DNA of 64,000 bases from the NCBI GenBank assembly GCA_963968165.1, contig CAXAFE010000005.1, positions 24,047-88,046 of the forward strand, written 5' to 3'. Below, piece by piece: positions 45,701-54,999 of the stretch. The stretch comes from an uncultured Candidatus Poseidoniales archaeon (GTDB lineage Archaea; Thermoplasmatota; Poseidoniia; Poseidoniales; Thalassarchaeaceae). The translations under genes were made by a program, and so were the position numbers. The stretch's first letter is position 1, and each line of letters opens with the position of its first letter. The notes under the pieces are model-generated. The model searched no databases. It worked only from the letters and a program-made list of their open reading frames with translations, and was not told the origin of the DNA.

Positions 45701-46187
45701 TTCACTTCTGGTGACAAGTGAATTAGATGTTTCCAAAAGAACAACATCTATTTCATTGACTAAACCAACTCCGATAGAAGTTGGTAGAGACGCTGGAGAC
45801 TATGTTTGGATAACTGGAAATATAGTAATAATTCTCATAGGTACTGTAATATTTTTGGGGTTATCTGTGATAACCTTTAGAATAGTCAGAAAAGCTAATG
45901 CACCTCTGGAAGAAATCTCTACTCTAGATGGTTATGATATGTCAATAGATACGTGGGATAATGAGGTTGGTAGTAAATCCTTGCCATCTGCAGATATGAT
46001 TGCAAACTCAATGTTTGGAGGTTCAGAAGATATATTCCAACAATCTTTGAATAATTCCGACGCTGTAGTCGAAAATAATGATTTAGATATCACTCCTCCT
46101 TTGCCCTCTTCAGGTTTACCGGAAGGATGGTCCATGGAGCAGTGGGTACACTATGGCCAAGAATGGCTCGATGATAAAAAACTTTAA
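42753..46187 (+). CDS. Very large surface protein (S-layer/adhesin candidate) with repeated CARDB/NEW3-like beta-sandwich modules, C-terminal TM and cytoplasmic tail
   Basis: Signal MRSLYSYIVVALFLLVSASPAVV. Repeats with LLPGEKTNITMNLKNNGNQVATWNL, IVEIFLINNGNTEESFDITV, LRWEILNTGNIADSFEISF. TM WITGNIVIILIGTVIFLGLSVITF followed by a ~125-aa acidic tail. An alternative TTG start lies at 42747. Confidence 0.6.
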   Translation: MRSLYSYIVVALFLLVSASPAVVVSNFEDSKVSKIGPKSDAVDFKVLEIELGNSSSVPLQWEQPDTSMQEYIIKGNAIQINVTFVQLGFTPTQVTANATLQVWHPIGFLIKEWNFNVTLSSSQQDRKNFIWTPNAAHSILSDNGYLGGGMVIVGLVDAGLQDGDNTNDRAERSVPVAAWFDDLDNGYCADEGSEGKYCSNIPQGYGRPNWFGAGYEPNGITLDGDFPTGTWRMENSSSSIGEWHWKVSGDDSDRYASNRHDRLHWGWVTTNNQDGCADGVWGDGYSHELGQGEFSSTLSSLYSSYLCKVKIKSPNFFSMQIVTNAWGIMDSGDSIELETDSGYEQHYYNYTTQNLSQSEGDWSRLIWNVSNLHQSGGFSLSFLFKSDGSDANEGIHIDSFLIFGIERYPEYTLNAVCNDPLPNSYIVLAADPRPPSLHCRVFNKGYIDITLRYFTTLSNQSWMYQYPLRIDSNNNVDHDNFVVSKVIKARTVTDVWFNLSIPDGTLVQELDWIVNINDGVLNNSKYSLVLPVKVDPTYSIILAPDKLSNPAATLLPGEKTNITMNLKNNGNQVATWNLGGAFDTNEWPAQYIQWYDSSNGDAISLLNSSINEEFILNAEITVPEGLAPGIYTLTLIANGRAPAIFQSETVLYIEVPVYHNLVIAPITNSLMAPANGYGKIVEIFLINNGNTEESFDITVTSDNYRLKATSSAELTPGIPANGGDTSISLLLPMPKGILNGTYRITIYATSTINPDYTSSSNIYLTVPVTNLVEIPDLDMTEEIFSAGSDDRTLRWEILNTGNIADSFEISFSHTSDVYTSAQGLNEGRTPYIKPGSSYNISLSYSFGENADGTRIITLEATSVEASKNDILVVGSGEALFNVGTVGWLRVLTPPTDSDAMDITEAGDEYSLQYTVLSMHPTDDQQVRSEVELENQYTVYSARIGEEDRDFVLKAGESRSVTIYLDIREEDLENLNMDQLDFDVSLLVTSELDVSKRTTSISLTKPTPIEVGRDAGDYVWITGNIVIILIGTVIFLGLSVITFRIVRKANAPLEEISTLDGYDMSIDTWDNEVGSKSLPSADMIANSMFGGSEDIFQQSLNNSDAVVENNDLDITPPLPSSGLPEGWSMEQWVHYGQEWLDDKKL

Positions 46188-46278
46188 TATTTTATTTGAT
46201 TTTTGTTGACGAGCACGTGCGAGGACTTATGACTACTAGTACGGTCCCATGGTTACCTGATAATGGAAGTGATTTTCA

Positions 46279-47889
46279 ATGTACAATGGACAACAACCAA
46301 TTTTCATAATGAAAGAAGGAACTCAAAGGACTAGCGGTAAAACTGCTCAAAGCAATAATATAGCCGCCGCGAAAGCTGTCGCAGATGCTGTCCGTTCAAC
46401 ACTAGGTCCGAAAGGAATGGATAAAATGCTGGTTGATAGTATGGGTGATGTGGTGATTACTAATGATGGGGCAACCATTCTAAAAGAAATGGATATTGAG
46501 CACCCAGCTGCAAAAATGATAATTGAAATAGCTAAAACACAGGAACAACATTGCTATGACGGCACAACCAGCGCTGTGGTAATTGCAGGTGAATTGCTAA
46601 AGAGAAGCGAGGACTTAGTCGAACAAAATGTGCACCCAACAGTTATCTGTGAAGGATTTAGATTAGCCGCAGACAAGGCGGCAGAAATAATCGATTCTCA
46701 TGCAATTTCTGTAACTCCATCTTCCTTAGAAGAAGTTGCAAAAACTGCTCTAACAGGTAAAAGTGCGGGCGCCGTTAAAGAATTTCTAGCCGATATAAGC
46801 GTAAGGGCAGTGATTGCTGTTTCACAGGAAATAGATGGAGAAGTAATAGTGGATCTGAATGATGTGAAAGTTGAGAAAAAACAAGGCGGCTCAATACGAG
46901 ATAGCTCTTTAATCGATGGAATAATTATGGATAAAGAAAGAGTCCACAGCGGAATGCCTAGATCAATTTCTGATGCCAAAATAGCACTCATTAATTCCGC
47001 AATAGAAGTAAAGAAAACAGAAGTCGATGCTAAAATACAAATCACAGATCCAAATATGCTATCTCAATTTCTAGATGAAGAAGAAAACTACCTAAAATCA
47101 TTAGTTGAAAAAATTATAAATTCAGGTGCTAATACAGTAATTTGTCAAAAAGGAATAGATGATTTAGCTCAACATTATATGGCAAAATCTGGAATATTTG
47201 CCATAAGGAGGGCAAAAAAGAGTGATATGGAAGCACTTTCAAAAGCAACTGGAGGCAAAATAGTAACAAACATAGATGATTTATCTTCCACCGATTTAGG
47301 TGCAGCTTCAAAAGTTGAAGAGAAGAAAATAGGTGATTCTGATATGGTTTTTGTCACAGGGTGCCCAGAAGCAAAAAGTGTATCTGTACTTCTAAGGGGT
47401 GGTACAGAACATGTTGTTGATGAAATACGTCGGGCATTTGATGATGCAATTGGAGTAGTAGCAGTGGCCCATGAAGATGGGGCAATATTGACCGGAGGCG
47501 GCTCAGTACTTGCGGCAATTAGTAGAGACCTGAGATCTTATGCAGAAGGAATTGGAGGCAGAGAACAGATGGCAATTGAGGCATTTTCGGGCGCATTAGA
47601 AGTCATTCCTAGGACATTAGCTGAAAACGCAGGATTAGATCCAGTAAATACGATTATAGAAATGAGGAAGGCACATTCTGAGGGCAAGTCTACATTTGGA
47701 GTAAATGTTTATGAAGGCGGTGTTGCCAATATGGAAGAGGCCAAAGTATTCGAACCAAGTAGGGTTGTCGAACAAGCTATTCAAAGTGCATCTGAAACAG
47801 CAGTAATGATTCTCAGAATTGATGATGTGATATCCAGTAAAAGTTCCGGGCCAATGGATGCTGGGGATTTCGATGGAATGGGAATGTAA
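46279..47889 (+). CDS. ths: Thermosome subunit (group II chaperonin)
   Basis: [46 protein letters not shown]-terminal GM-rich tail. Confidence 0.92.
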   Translation: MYNGQQPIFIMKEGTQRTSGKTAQSNNIAAAKAVADAVRSTLGPKGMDKMLVDSMGDVVITNDGATILKEMDIEHPAAKMIIEIAKTQEQHCYDGTTSAVVIAGELLKRSEDLVEQNVHPTVICEGFRLAADKAAEIIDSHAISVTPSSLEEVAKTALTGKSAGAVKEFLADISVRAVIAVSQEIDGEVIVDLNDVKVEKKQGGSIRDSSLIDGIIMDKERVHSGMPRSISDAKIALINSAIEVKKTEVDAKIQITDPNMLSQFLDEEENYLKSLVEKIINSGANTVICQKGIDDLAQHYMAKSGIFAIRRAKKSDMEALSKATGGKIVTNIDDLSSTDLGAASKVEEKKIGDSDMVFVTGCPEAKSVSVLLRGGTEHVVDEIRRAFDDAIGVVAVAHEDGAILTGGGSVLAAISRDLRSYAEGIGGREQMAIEAFSGALEVIPRTLAENAGLDPVNTIIEMRKAHSEGKSTFGVNVYEGGVANMEEAKVFEPSRVVEQAIQSASETAVMILRIDDVISSKSSGPMDAGDFDGMGM

Positions 47890-47981
47890 TTATCATCAAC
47901 TTTCACTGTTTATCTGATAACTAATAAACGAGAGTTATAATAATCGGTTGCATGTGGACATGATAACACAAAGGTGATTAT

Positions 47982-50168
47982 ATGTCCGATGATAGATCTT
48001 TACTCATTTTATATGGCTCCCAGTCCGGTAATTCCGAAGAAGTAGCAATTCAAGCAGGAAAATTAGCCCTAAATCACAATCTCAAAGCAACAGTTAGGGC
48101 AATGGATGAAATCTCCATACCAGAAATAGTAAACCAAGGTAGGATAATGATATGTTGTAGTACATGGGGCGACGGAGAGCAACCCGACAATGCTGAAGAT
48201 TTATGGGAAGCTGCTAATTCTGCAGATGTAAATTCTCTCTCTAGTCTTAATTTCTCTGTTCTCGCATTGGGTGATTCATCTTATGATTTATTCTGTGAAT
48301 CAGGAAAAGAATGGGATAATTGGTTTGAAACAAAAGGTGCAAATAGAATACATGCCCGAGTGGATTGCGATGTGGACTTCGAAGATAAAGCAAAAATTTG
48401 GATGGATGAGACATTATCAAAATTATCGAATATACAAGTGAATTCTACTAGTGGCGAAGTATCAGAAGAAATTCCAGTTTTAGAAAAACCAATTGATGCC
48501 ATTGTTGAAGATACTGCAGATACCGCTTCGTCTGGAGATGATATTGAAGGTTTTATAAAGTCGGGAGATAGAAATTTGACCGTCTTATTCGGATCTCAAT
48601 CCGGAAATTCCGAGGAGTTAGCAGCTAAAATTGCAAAAAATGCTGTAGATTATGGATTAAAGGGTACAGTTTTCGATATGGATGGTTTCGATTTTAATAC
48701 TTTATCTGAACATAAAAGAGTTCTAATCGTCTGTTCAACATGGGGCGAAGGAGAAATGCCCGATAATGCAGAAGAACTCTGGAAAGTTGCTACACAAGAT
48801 AATGCTCCCAAACTCAACTCCACAAATTACTCTGTGCTTTCCCTAGGGGACTCAAGTTATGATTTGTTTTGTCAATCAGGAAAAGATTGGGATAAAAGAT
48901 TTGAGGAACTTGGTGCAAAACGTCTTGTAAATAGGGTTGATTGTGACGTAGATTACGAATCTTTGGCAACACAGTGGTCCCTGGATGCACTATCTTCAAT
49001 GGCGGCAGTAGATGATACTGGAAACTTCCATGAAAGTAAACTAGAGATGATAAAACAATATGCTTCAGGAATGGATGCTGTCGGAGCCTCGGGCGATGAT
49101 GGTTTTAAGATACCAGATTTAATTTCCAGGAAAATAGAATTGGAAGTATCCATATTCAGATATGATCCTGAATCAAATACTAGTGGAAAAGATACGTGGG
49201 CCTGCTCTTTACCTGGTAATATGTCCGTTTTAGAAGTATTAAGGACTCTAAAAAATACACAGGATGGAACATTAACTTTCAGAGACGGGCCTTGTACAGA
49301 TCCTAATACTGCACTTTCAATCAATGGCCGTCTAGTATTGCCGGGCACTATTTCTCTGGACTCCATACATACAACCACAGAAGAAAAATTGAATTTAAGA
49401 ATTGAACCTCTGTCCTCGTTCCGAATTATTCGTGATTTATTAGTAGACACGTGGTCACTAGAAAGAGATAGAGAATCTAGTAAACCATGGATGATGGCAG
49501 CAACTCGGGAAGGAAAAAATACTCCTCAGGGACCAATAGGAGTTATGAGTCAATCTGATGCATGTTATCTACACTCTATCAAAAACTTCCAAAGTCCCAT
49601 ATTATTACATGCAAGTTCAGACACAACTCCTTTCTCAGAATCATATGTCGGACCTTCTTTAATAGCCTCCGCTTGGGCTAGAAGAAATGATCCAAGAACT
49701 TCCAAATCTAAGAAGAAGCTAATTGATGATTTTATAGGTTCCAAAAATGGAATAAAGGCAGAAACTGATTTCTCCTCTATCAGGCGTCAATCTTCCAATA
49801 ATATCGCAATTTCCAATGCTCTAATGGATGCACGAACTTCAGCATTAACTCAATCATCATTTAATGGGCGCCATGGGAAGCATGTTTGGTGGTATACTTG
49901 GTCAATTAAAAGCAGTGGTAAAGTAAATGATACTGTATTATTTAGGCAAGTTCTGGGTCCAATTGGACTGCTTAGTAATCTGTTTTCCGGAGTGACTGCG
50001 AGAATGCTATTAGGATTTACCCGTACAGGTGGAAACATGATAAATGATGGTCTGGGAATGGTCCTTCCTCCTGCTGGCATAGGTAAAATGCCACGCCAAT
50101 TCAATTCATCTGTTAATAATCACCATGAAGTGATATCCATTTTCAATGAATTGGATGGTAGATTTTAA
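47982..50168 (+). CDS. Fusion protein: two tandem flavodoxin-like FMN domains + SdhB/FrdB-like domain lacking the Fe-S ligand cysteines + unknown C-terminal region
   Basis: Fld1 LLILYGSQSGNSEE/CCSTWGDGEQPDNAE/LALGDSSYDLFCESGK. Fld2 LTVLFGSQSGNSEE/VCSTWGEGEMPDNAE/LSLGDSSYDLFCQSGK. SdhB-like LEVSIFRYDPES, MSVLEVLRTLKN, LTFRDGPCTDPNTALSINGR, FRIIRDLLVD, YVGPSLIASAWARRNDPR. AGGTGA SD upstream. Confidence 0.7.
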   Translation: MSDDRSLLILYGSQSGNSEEVAIQAGKLALNHNLKATVRAMDEISIPEIVNQGRIMICCSTWGDGEQPDNAEDLWEAANSADVNSLSSLNFSVLALGDSSYDLFCESGKEWDNWFETKGANRIHARVDCDVDFEDKAKIWMDETLSKLSNIQVNSTSGEVSEEIPVLEKPIDAIVEDTADTASSGDDIEGFIKSGDRNLTVLFGSQSGNSEELAAKIAKNAVDYGLKGTVFDMDGFDFNTLSEHKRVLIVCSTWGEGEMPDNAEELWKVATQDNAPKLNSTNYSVLSLGDSSYDLFCQSGKDWDKRFEELGAKRLVNRVDCDVDYESLATQWSLDALSSMAAVDDTGNFHESKLEMIKQYASGMDAVGASGDDGFKIPDLISRKIELEVSIFRYDPESNTSGKDTWACSLPGNMSVLEVLRTLKNTQDGTLTFRDGPCTDPNTALSINGRLVLPGTISLDSIHTTTEEKLNLRIEPLSSFRIIRDLLVDTWSLERDRESSKPWMMAATREGKNTPQGPIGVMSQSDACYLHSIKNFQSPILLHASSDTTPFSESYVGPSLIASAWARRNDPRTSKSKKKLIDDFIGSKNGIKAETDFSSIRRQSSNNIAISNALMDARTSALTQSSFNGRHGKHVWWYTWSIKSSGKVNDTVLFRQVLGPIGLLSNLFSGVTARMLLGFTRTGGNMINDGLGMVLPPAGIGKMPRQFNSSVNNHHEVISIFNELDGRF

Positions 50169-51028
50169 TGCCCCTGAAATATGCATATCACCCAGGTAAT
50201 GTTTCACATAGTAGCGCGCCTGAAGTAAAAGATACTCTATTCCCTATTATTAAATCTCTAGGAATAGAATTAACTTTGCTGGAAGGGGCTACAAGTTGTG
50301 GAGCTGGAATTATTAGACAAGCTAACAATAGGCTACAACTTACATTAAACGCACGTACTTTTGCTATGGCTGAATCAATGGGACTGGATATAATGACTCC
50401 TTGTGGCGCTACTGCAGGTAACTTGAATGAAGATTTACAAACACTATTAAATGATAATATTCTTCTAGCAGAAATAAATGTTATTTTGAATAAAACTTGT
50501 GGTTTGGAATTTAGTGGTGGGATAAAAGTTCACCACCTACTTCACGTTTTAGTCGATGATGTTGGTTTAGAAAAAATTGAAAAAAATGTTAAAAATCCCT
50601 TGAATTTTTCTATTGCAGGATATTATGGCCCAAATATGCAACAGCATGGTATGTGTGGAAAAGATGACGTTTATAATCCATCATATTTGGAAAAATTAAT
50701 CGTTGCGGTAGGTGGAAAGGCAGTCGAGTGGGATAGCCGGACACAAAGCGTTGGTGTACCAGGAATATTATCCGAAGAGCCCACGGTTTTACTGCAATCT
50801 GCTAACGTAATATTGGATGCTAAAGATGAAGGTGCAGACATAATTGTAAGCGCTTGTAATTTATCTCACACTATTTTAGATGTATACCAAGGAAAAGCAT
50901 CTCGAGTTTCAGAACGTCCAATCAATATTCCTGTAATGCATTTAACAGAAATGATCGACTTTGCATTTGGTCATCATAATACTAGATTAGCACAATTAAG
51001 AACAAGGATAGCAGTTATAGGAAACTGA
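50168..51028 (+). CDS. HdrB / type-E SdhC(SdhE)-like protein with degenerate CCG cysteine motifs
   Basis: Two-halved architecture: YHPGN...TSCGAG...TPCGATAGN and YYGPN...VGVPG...GADIIVSACNLSH. It parallels the PGC...CCG...CxxC repeats of CCG-domain proteins, but most Cys are replaced. TAATG overlap with the upstream gene. Confidence 0.6.
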   Translation: MPLKYAYHPGNVSHSSAPEVKDTLFPIIKSLGIELTLLEGATSCGAGIIRQANNRLQLTLNARTFAMAESMGLDIMTPCGATAGNLNEDLQTLLNDNILLAEINVILNKTCGLEFSGGIKVHHLLHVLVDDVGLEKIEKNVKNPLNFSIAGYYGPNMQQHGMCGKDDVYNPSYLEKLIVAVGGKAVEWDSRTQSVGVPGILSEEPTVLLQSANVILDAKDEGADIIVSACNLSHTILDVYQGKASRVSERPINIPVMHLTEMIDFAFGHHNTRLAQLRTRIAVIGN

Positions 51029-51029
51029 T

Positions 51030-52754
51030 TCAATCATATTCGTCCAATCCCTTTTGGGCCTTTGATTTAAAATCTAGTATTTTACGACTTCTTTCCTTAT
51101 TGATTACTTCAGTTTCATCAAAATTAACTACTTTAGGCCGTATTTTGTACTGTTCTCTGATTATATAATCATTTGCAGATATGACATTATCTTCAAAATT
51201 TACATAAAAGTTATCCAATTTTTTCCTATCTAAATTCTTGGGATGAGGTAAATTTCTCTTGACTCTTTGTACAGCTTTCCTCATATTCAATTCTCTTCTG
51301 GATGCAGCAATACTTGCGCCCTCATCTCTCGTTCCTTCAGCAATTAGTACAATCACTTCTCCTTCCCTATGTCTTCCAGTACGGCCCCTTCTTTGTATTG
51401 TTCTAGTTTCACTGGAGACAGGCTCATAAAAAATTACTAAATCAGCACTAGGTATGTCTAAACCTTCTTCTCCTACTGATGTCGATAAGAGTATGTTGTA
51501 TTTTCCTAGTTTAAATTGTTCCAATCTTTCAATCTGTTCCTTAGGTTTCATTCCCATTTCCCCAATTCTTTTAGATTGCCCTATAAATTGAATCGGGGAT
51601 GCCCCGCTTAAATCTTCCAAAGCTTTTTCTAGGACCTTTATCGTGTCCCTATAATTTGCAAATATTATTATTCTGCTATTTTTATTTCGACGAAGCCTCT
51701 CTCTAACCAATCTCCTTACAGCACTAATTTTGGAATGTATTTCATCATTTTGATTTATCCCCTGTTTAAGTTTTTGAATTCTTAAATCTCTCATAAAAGT
51801 TAATATTGATTTTGTTTTTTTGTCGTTTGACAAACGATTAAGAAATTCATTTGAAGCTGCTGTACCCTGGCATAATAAGTGATTTATTAGATGATGTAAA
51901 CGCATTGCTGTGGCAATTTGGGAAACTGATGTATATCCTGTCTTATCTCCTCTAACTATAGAGTTTTGAGCTCTTTCCATAGCATTTGAAAGTCCGATAT
52001 GATTAATATCTCCTGGCATCACATATCTTCCTCGCCTCCTTTCTTGATCTACAATTCCTTGCTGCCAAATCTTTAATGGTTTGACCATTTTATGAATTTC
52101 TTGAGGTACAGTGACTTTTATTTCTTGTATTTCCAAATTAGATAAGTATACTGAAAGCATCGGATCATCTGGATTTCTTAAGTGAATTCTGTTAATGCAA
52201 AGTCTTCTACATATTTCTTCAACATTGGATATTTTATATCCCGGACTTGCAGTCATTGCAAGGATTATTGATTTTGAAGATGCAAAATTATACATTTCTC
52301 CTAATTCAGCCATTGCGTGATTACCTGTAGCATGATGTGCTTCATCTAATATCATCAATGAGCATTTTGAAAGATCTAAAAGTCCGGATTTTACGTCATT
52401 TCTGGCTACTTGGGGCGTAGCTATGATTATTTTAGATGATTTCCATAGATTCAATCTAGTATTGGAAGGATTCTGACCTGTAATTGATAATGGTTCAAAA
52501 TCATGCTTAATAATTCGTTTCATATCCTGCAAGTGTTGGTTAACTAATGCTACAGTGGGAGCAATCATTAATATCCAATCATCATCAAGTAATTTTTCTG
52601 CAGCAGCCATCCATGCCACTGCTGTTTTACCTGCAGCCGTAGGTAATACTAGTAACATAGAATCAGATAATATCTCATTTAATGCCTCTAGTTGATATGC
52701 ACGAGCCTCCACCGTCATTTCAGATAAGTTTTCGTGCCTTACCATCGGGTGCAT
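51030..52754 (-). CDS. Hef/FANCM-type (ERCC4-related) superfamily 2 helicase, helicase part only
   Basis: ARAYQLEAL, LPTAAGKTAVA (motif I), ILDEAHHATG (DEAH), TSVGEEGLDIP, QRRGRTGR (motif VI). No XPF-type nuclease domain within the 574 aa. Confidence 0.8.
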   Translation of the reverse strand: MHPMVRHENLSEMTVEARAYQLEALNEILSDSMLLVLPTAAGKTAVAWMAAAEKLLDDDWILMIAPTVALVNQHLQDMKRIIKHDFEPLSITGQNPSNTRLNLWKSSKIIIATPQVARNDVKSGLLDLSKCSLMILDEAHHATGNHAMAELGEMYNFASSKSIILAMTASPGYKISNVEEICRRLCINRIHLRNPDDPMLSVYLSNLEIQEIKVTVPQEIHKMVKPLKIWQQGIVDQERRRGRYVMPGDINHIGLSNAMERAQNSIVRGDKTGYTSVSQIATAMRLHHLINHLLCQGTAASNEFLNRLSNDKKTKSILTFMRDLRIQKLKQGINQNDEIHSKISAVRRLVRERLRRNKNSRIIIFANYRDTIKVLEKALEDLSGASPIQFIGQSKRIGEMGMKPKEQIERLEQFKLGKYNILLSTSVGEEGLDIPSADLVIFYEPVSSETRTIQRRGRTGRHREGEVIVLIAEGTRDEGASIAASRRELNMRKAVQRVKRNLPHPKNLDRKKLDNFYVNFEDNVISANDYIIREQYKIRPKVVNFDETEVINKERSRKILDFKSKAQKGLDEYD

Positions 52755-53034
52755 GATTCAACTTGATGTAAGACATAGTTCTAAATGGTTCACACTTAAA
52801 TGACTAAAACTTCTGGAATGAAAAATGTAACAAACCCGATTCGTTCAAATAGGGTATGTTAGTCGGAAGGCCGCTCACAACGTGAGATACCAGACACCTA
52901 GGGCTCTGTTTAATATCCCAATTGTTGGTTTTACACTCGTAAAATCAATAACGGTGTCACGGTATTTCCTTTGCGTAATGAGCCCATTTAGGCCTTATTA
53001 GGCAAAAATTGGAGAAAAACAGGAGAAATGCGAT

Positions 53035-54114
53035 ATGGCAGATAAAAGTAAACCGCGCAGAGGTAGTATGGGCTATAGCCCTAGAAAACGTGCTGTCCGA
53101 CAATTTCCGCGTATTTCATCTTGGCCTGAACAAGAATCTTCAGAAATTAGAATTCAGGGATTTTCGGGATGGAAAGCTGGCATGACACATATATTGATGA
53201 AGGATAATAATTCCAATTCGACTTCTGCCGGTCAGGAAATAAGAAAGGCCGTAACTGTGGTTGAAGCACCTCCAATGAAAGTATTAGCTGTAAGGGGTTA
53301 CAGAAGTACTCCATATGGCATGCAAACAGCTGGAGAGGTATGGGCAGACCCAACACAATCGGGACCTGACGGACTCATGCCTCGACTCGCTAATGATTCA
53401 AAGGGTAAGAGGGACGCAGAAGATGGAAAAAAACCAGCTAAAAGAGCAGGTAGAATCCCTTCTAGGAATGGAGAAACAATAGAAAAATCATTTGATGCAT
53501 TAAGATCAAATAATCTATGTGAAATTAGATTAATTGTTGCTACCCAACCTAATCTCGTCAAAAGTATACCTACCAAAACTCCAGAAATCATGGAAGTTGG
53601 ATTAGTCGGAGGAGACGAAAACTCACGACTTGAATGGGCAAAAGAGAAACTCGGAGATCACGTCACAGTCGAGGACGTTTTCAAAGTGGGCCAAGAAATA
53701 GATGTTGTAGGCGTCACTAAAGGTAAAGGCTGGCAAGGTTCAATAAAAAGGTGGGGAATCAAATTATTAAGTCACAAAAATAGTAAACGCCGCAGACAAG
53801 GTGGTAATATGGGTGACTTTGGTACAGCTTATGTAAGGAAAACCATCAGGCAAGCAGGTCAAGTTGGATATCATAAAAGAACCGAATTGAATAAAAGAAT
53901 TTTACGAATATCAAATCCAGAAGAGTCCGAGGTTACTCCAGCAGGTGGATTCTTACACTATGGAGAAGTGAATAATCCATATATCATTTTCCAAGGAAGC
54001 CTTCCCGGGCCCGCAAAAAGAATGCTTCGCTTCAGAGACCCAATTCGCCCTAAAGATATGAAAGAAGAAGTAGAGATAACTTATCTCAGTACTTCAAGCA
54101 AGCAGGGTGTGTGA
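53035..54114 (+). CDS. rpl3: 50S ribosomal protein L3
   Basis: KPRRGSMGYSPRKRA, FSGWKAGMTHI; first gene of the conserved operon. Confidence 0.92.
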   Translation: MADKSKPRRGSMGYSPRKRAVRQFPRISSWPEQESSEIRIQGFSGWKAGMTHILMKDNNSNSTSAGQEIRKAVTVVEAPPMKVLAVRGYRSTPYGMQTAGEVWADPTQSGPDGLMPRLANDSKGKRDAEDGKKPAKRAGRIPSRNGETIEKSFDALRSNNLCEIRLIVATQPNLVKSIPTKTPEIMEVGLVGGDENSRLEWAKEKLGDHVTVEDVFKVGQEIDVVGVTKGKGWQGSIKRWGIKLLSHKNSKRRRQGGNMGDFGTAYVRKTIRQAGQVGYHKRTELNKRILRISNPEESEVTPAGGFLHYGEVNNPYIIFQGSLPGPAKRMLRFRDPIRPKDMKEEVEITYLSTSSKQGV

Positions 54115-54118
54115 TTAA

Positions 54119-54997
54119 ATGAAGGTTAAGACATACAATTTAGTTAATTCAGTAGTTCAAGAAGAACTTGATGCAGGACTATTAGCAGAGTCATATGAAG
54201 TCGAAACTAATGATGGTAAAAATATATCATTACCGGAAATATTTGATTCTGAAATACGTCATGATTTAGTGAGATCCGCAGTACATGCTTCTCGGGCTAA
54301 CCGAAGGCAACCATACGGCCATCGGGAACATGATGGAAAGCGAGCACCACAACCCGGAATGAAACATTCTGTAGAGTGGTGGGGCAAAGGACGAGGTGTA
54401 TCCAGAATTATGAGAAAGACAGGTCAAAGAACAGCAGCCCAAAATCCACACACACGCGGAGGTAGGAGGGCCCATGGTCCTATGGTTGCTAAAGATTGGT
54501 CCCAAAAATTGAATACAAAACAAAGAGTTATGGCTAGAAATTCCGCAATAACTGCATCAATAGATCCAATGATGGTATCCTCTAGAGGACACCAATTTAA
54601 CGAAAATTTAAGATTCCCTATCATAATTGAAGATTACGTAGAATCAAGAAATGGAAATGAAGAGAAATATGAATTAGAATCAATCCCATTACAGTATTCA
54701 ACCAGAAAATTCATCGCTATGATGGAAGGACTGGGTCTTGGTGCTGATTTAAATCGGGCAAAAGATGGACGCAAAATAAGGGCTGGTAAGGCTACTATGA
54801 GAGGCAGAAAATATCGTACCCCTAAGAGTATATTGCTCGTCGTATCAAAAAAGGATGGCTTACATAGGGCAGCAAACAATGTCCCGGGAGTTGATGTCGT
54901 TTCAGCTAAAGATTTGTGTGCTGAGGATCTCGCACCAGGTGGAGATTTAGGTAGATTAACAGTGTGGACAAAATCCGCAGTAGAGGCTTTGGAGTGA
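54119..54997 (+). CDS. rpl4: 50S ribosomal protein L4 (L1e)
   Basis: RRQPYGHREHDGKR...WWGKGRGVSRIMR; position after L3. Confidence 0.88.
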   Translation: MKVKTYNLVNSVVQEELDAGLLAESYEVETNDGKNISLPEIFDSEIRHDLVRSAVHASRANRRQPYGHREHDGKRAPQPGMKHSVEWWGKGRGVSRIMRKTGQRTAAQNPHTRGGRRAHGPMVAKDWSQKLNTKQRVMARNSAITASIDPMMVSSRGHQFNENLRFPIIIEDYVESRNGNEEKYELESIPLQYSTRKFIAMMEGLGLGADLNRAKDGRKIRAGKATMRGRKYRTPKSILLVVSKKDGLHRAANNVPGVDVVSAKDLCAEDLAPGGDLGRLTVWTKSAVEALE

Positions 54998-54999
54998 TT

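Noticed and set aside
46200-46270. C/D-box-like words (TTGACGA, ATGACTA, CTGA) and a GCACGTGC palindrome in the thermosome leader
   Set aside because: Box spacing does not fit the 12-nt guide architecture and there is no terminal stem. The 8-bp palindrome alone is weak evidence for a heat-shock operator.
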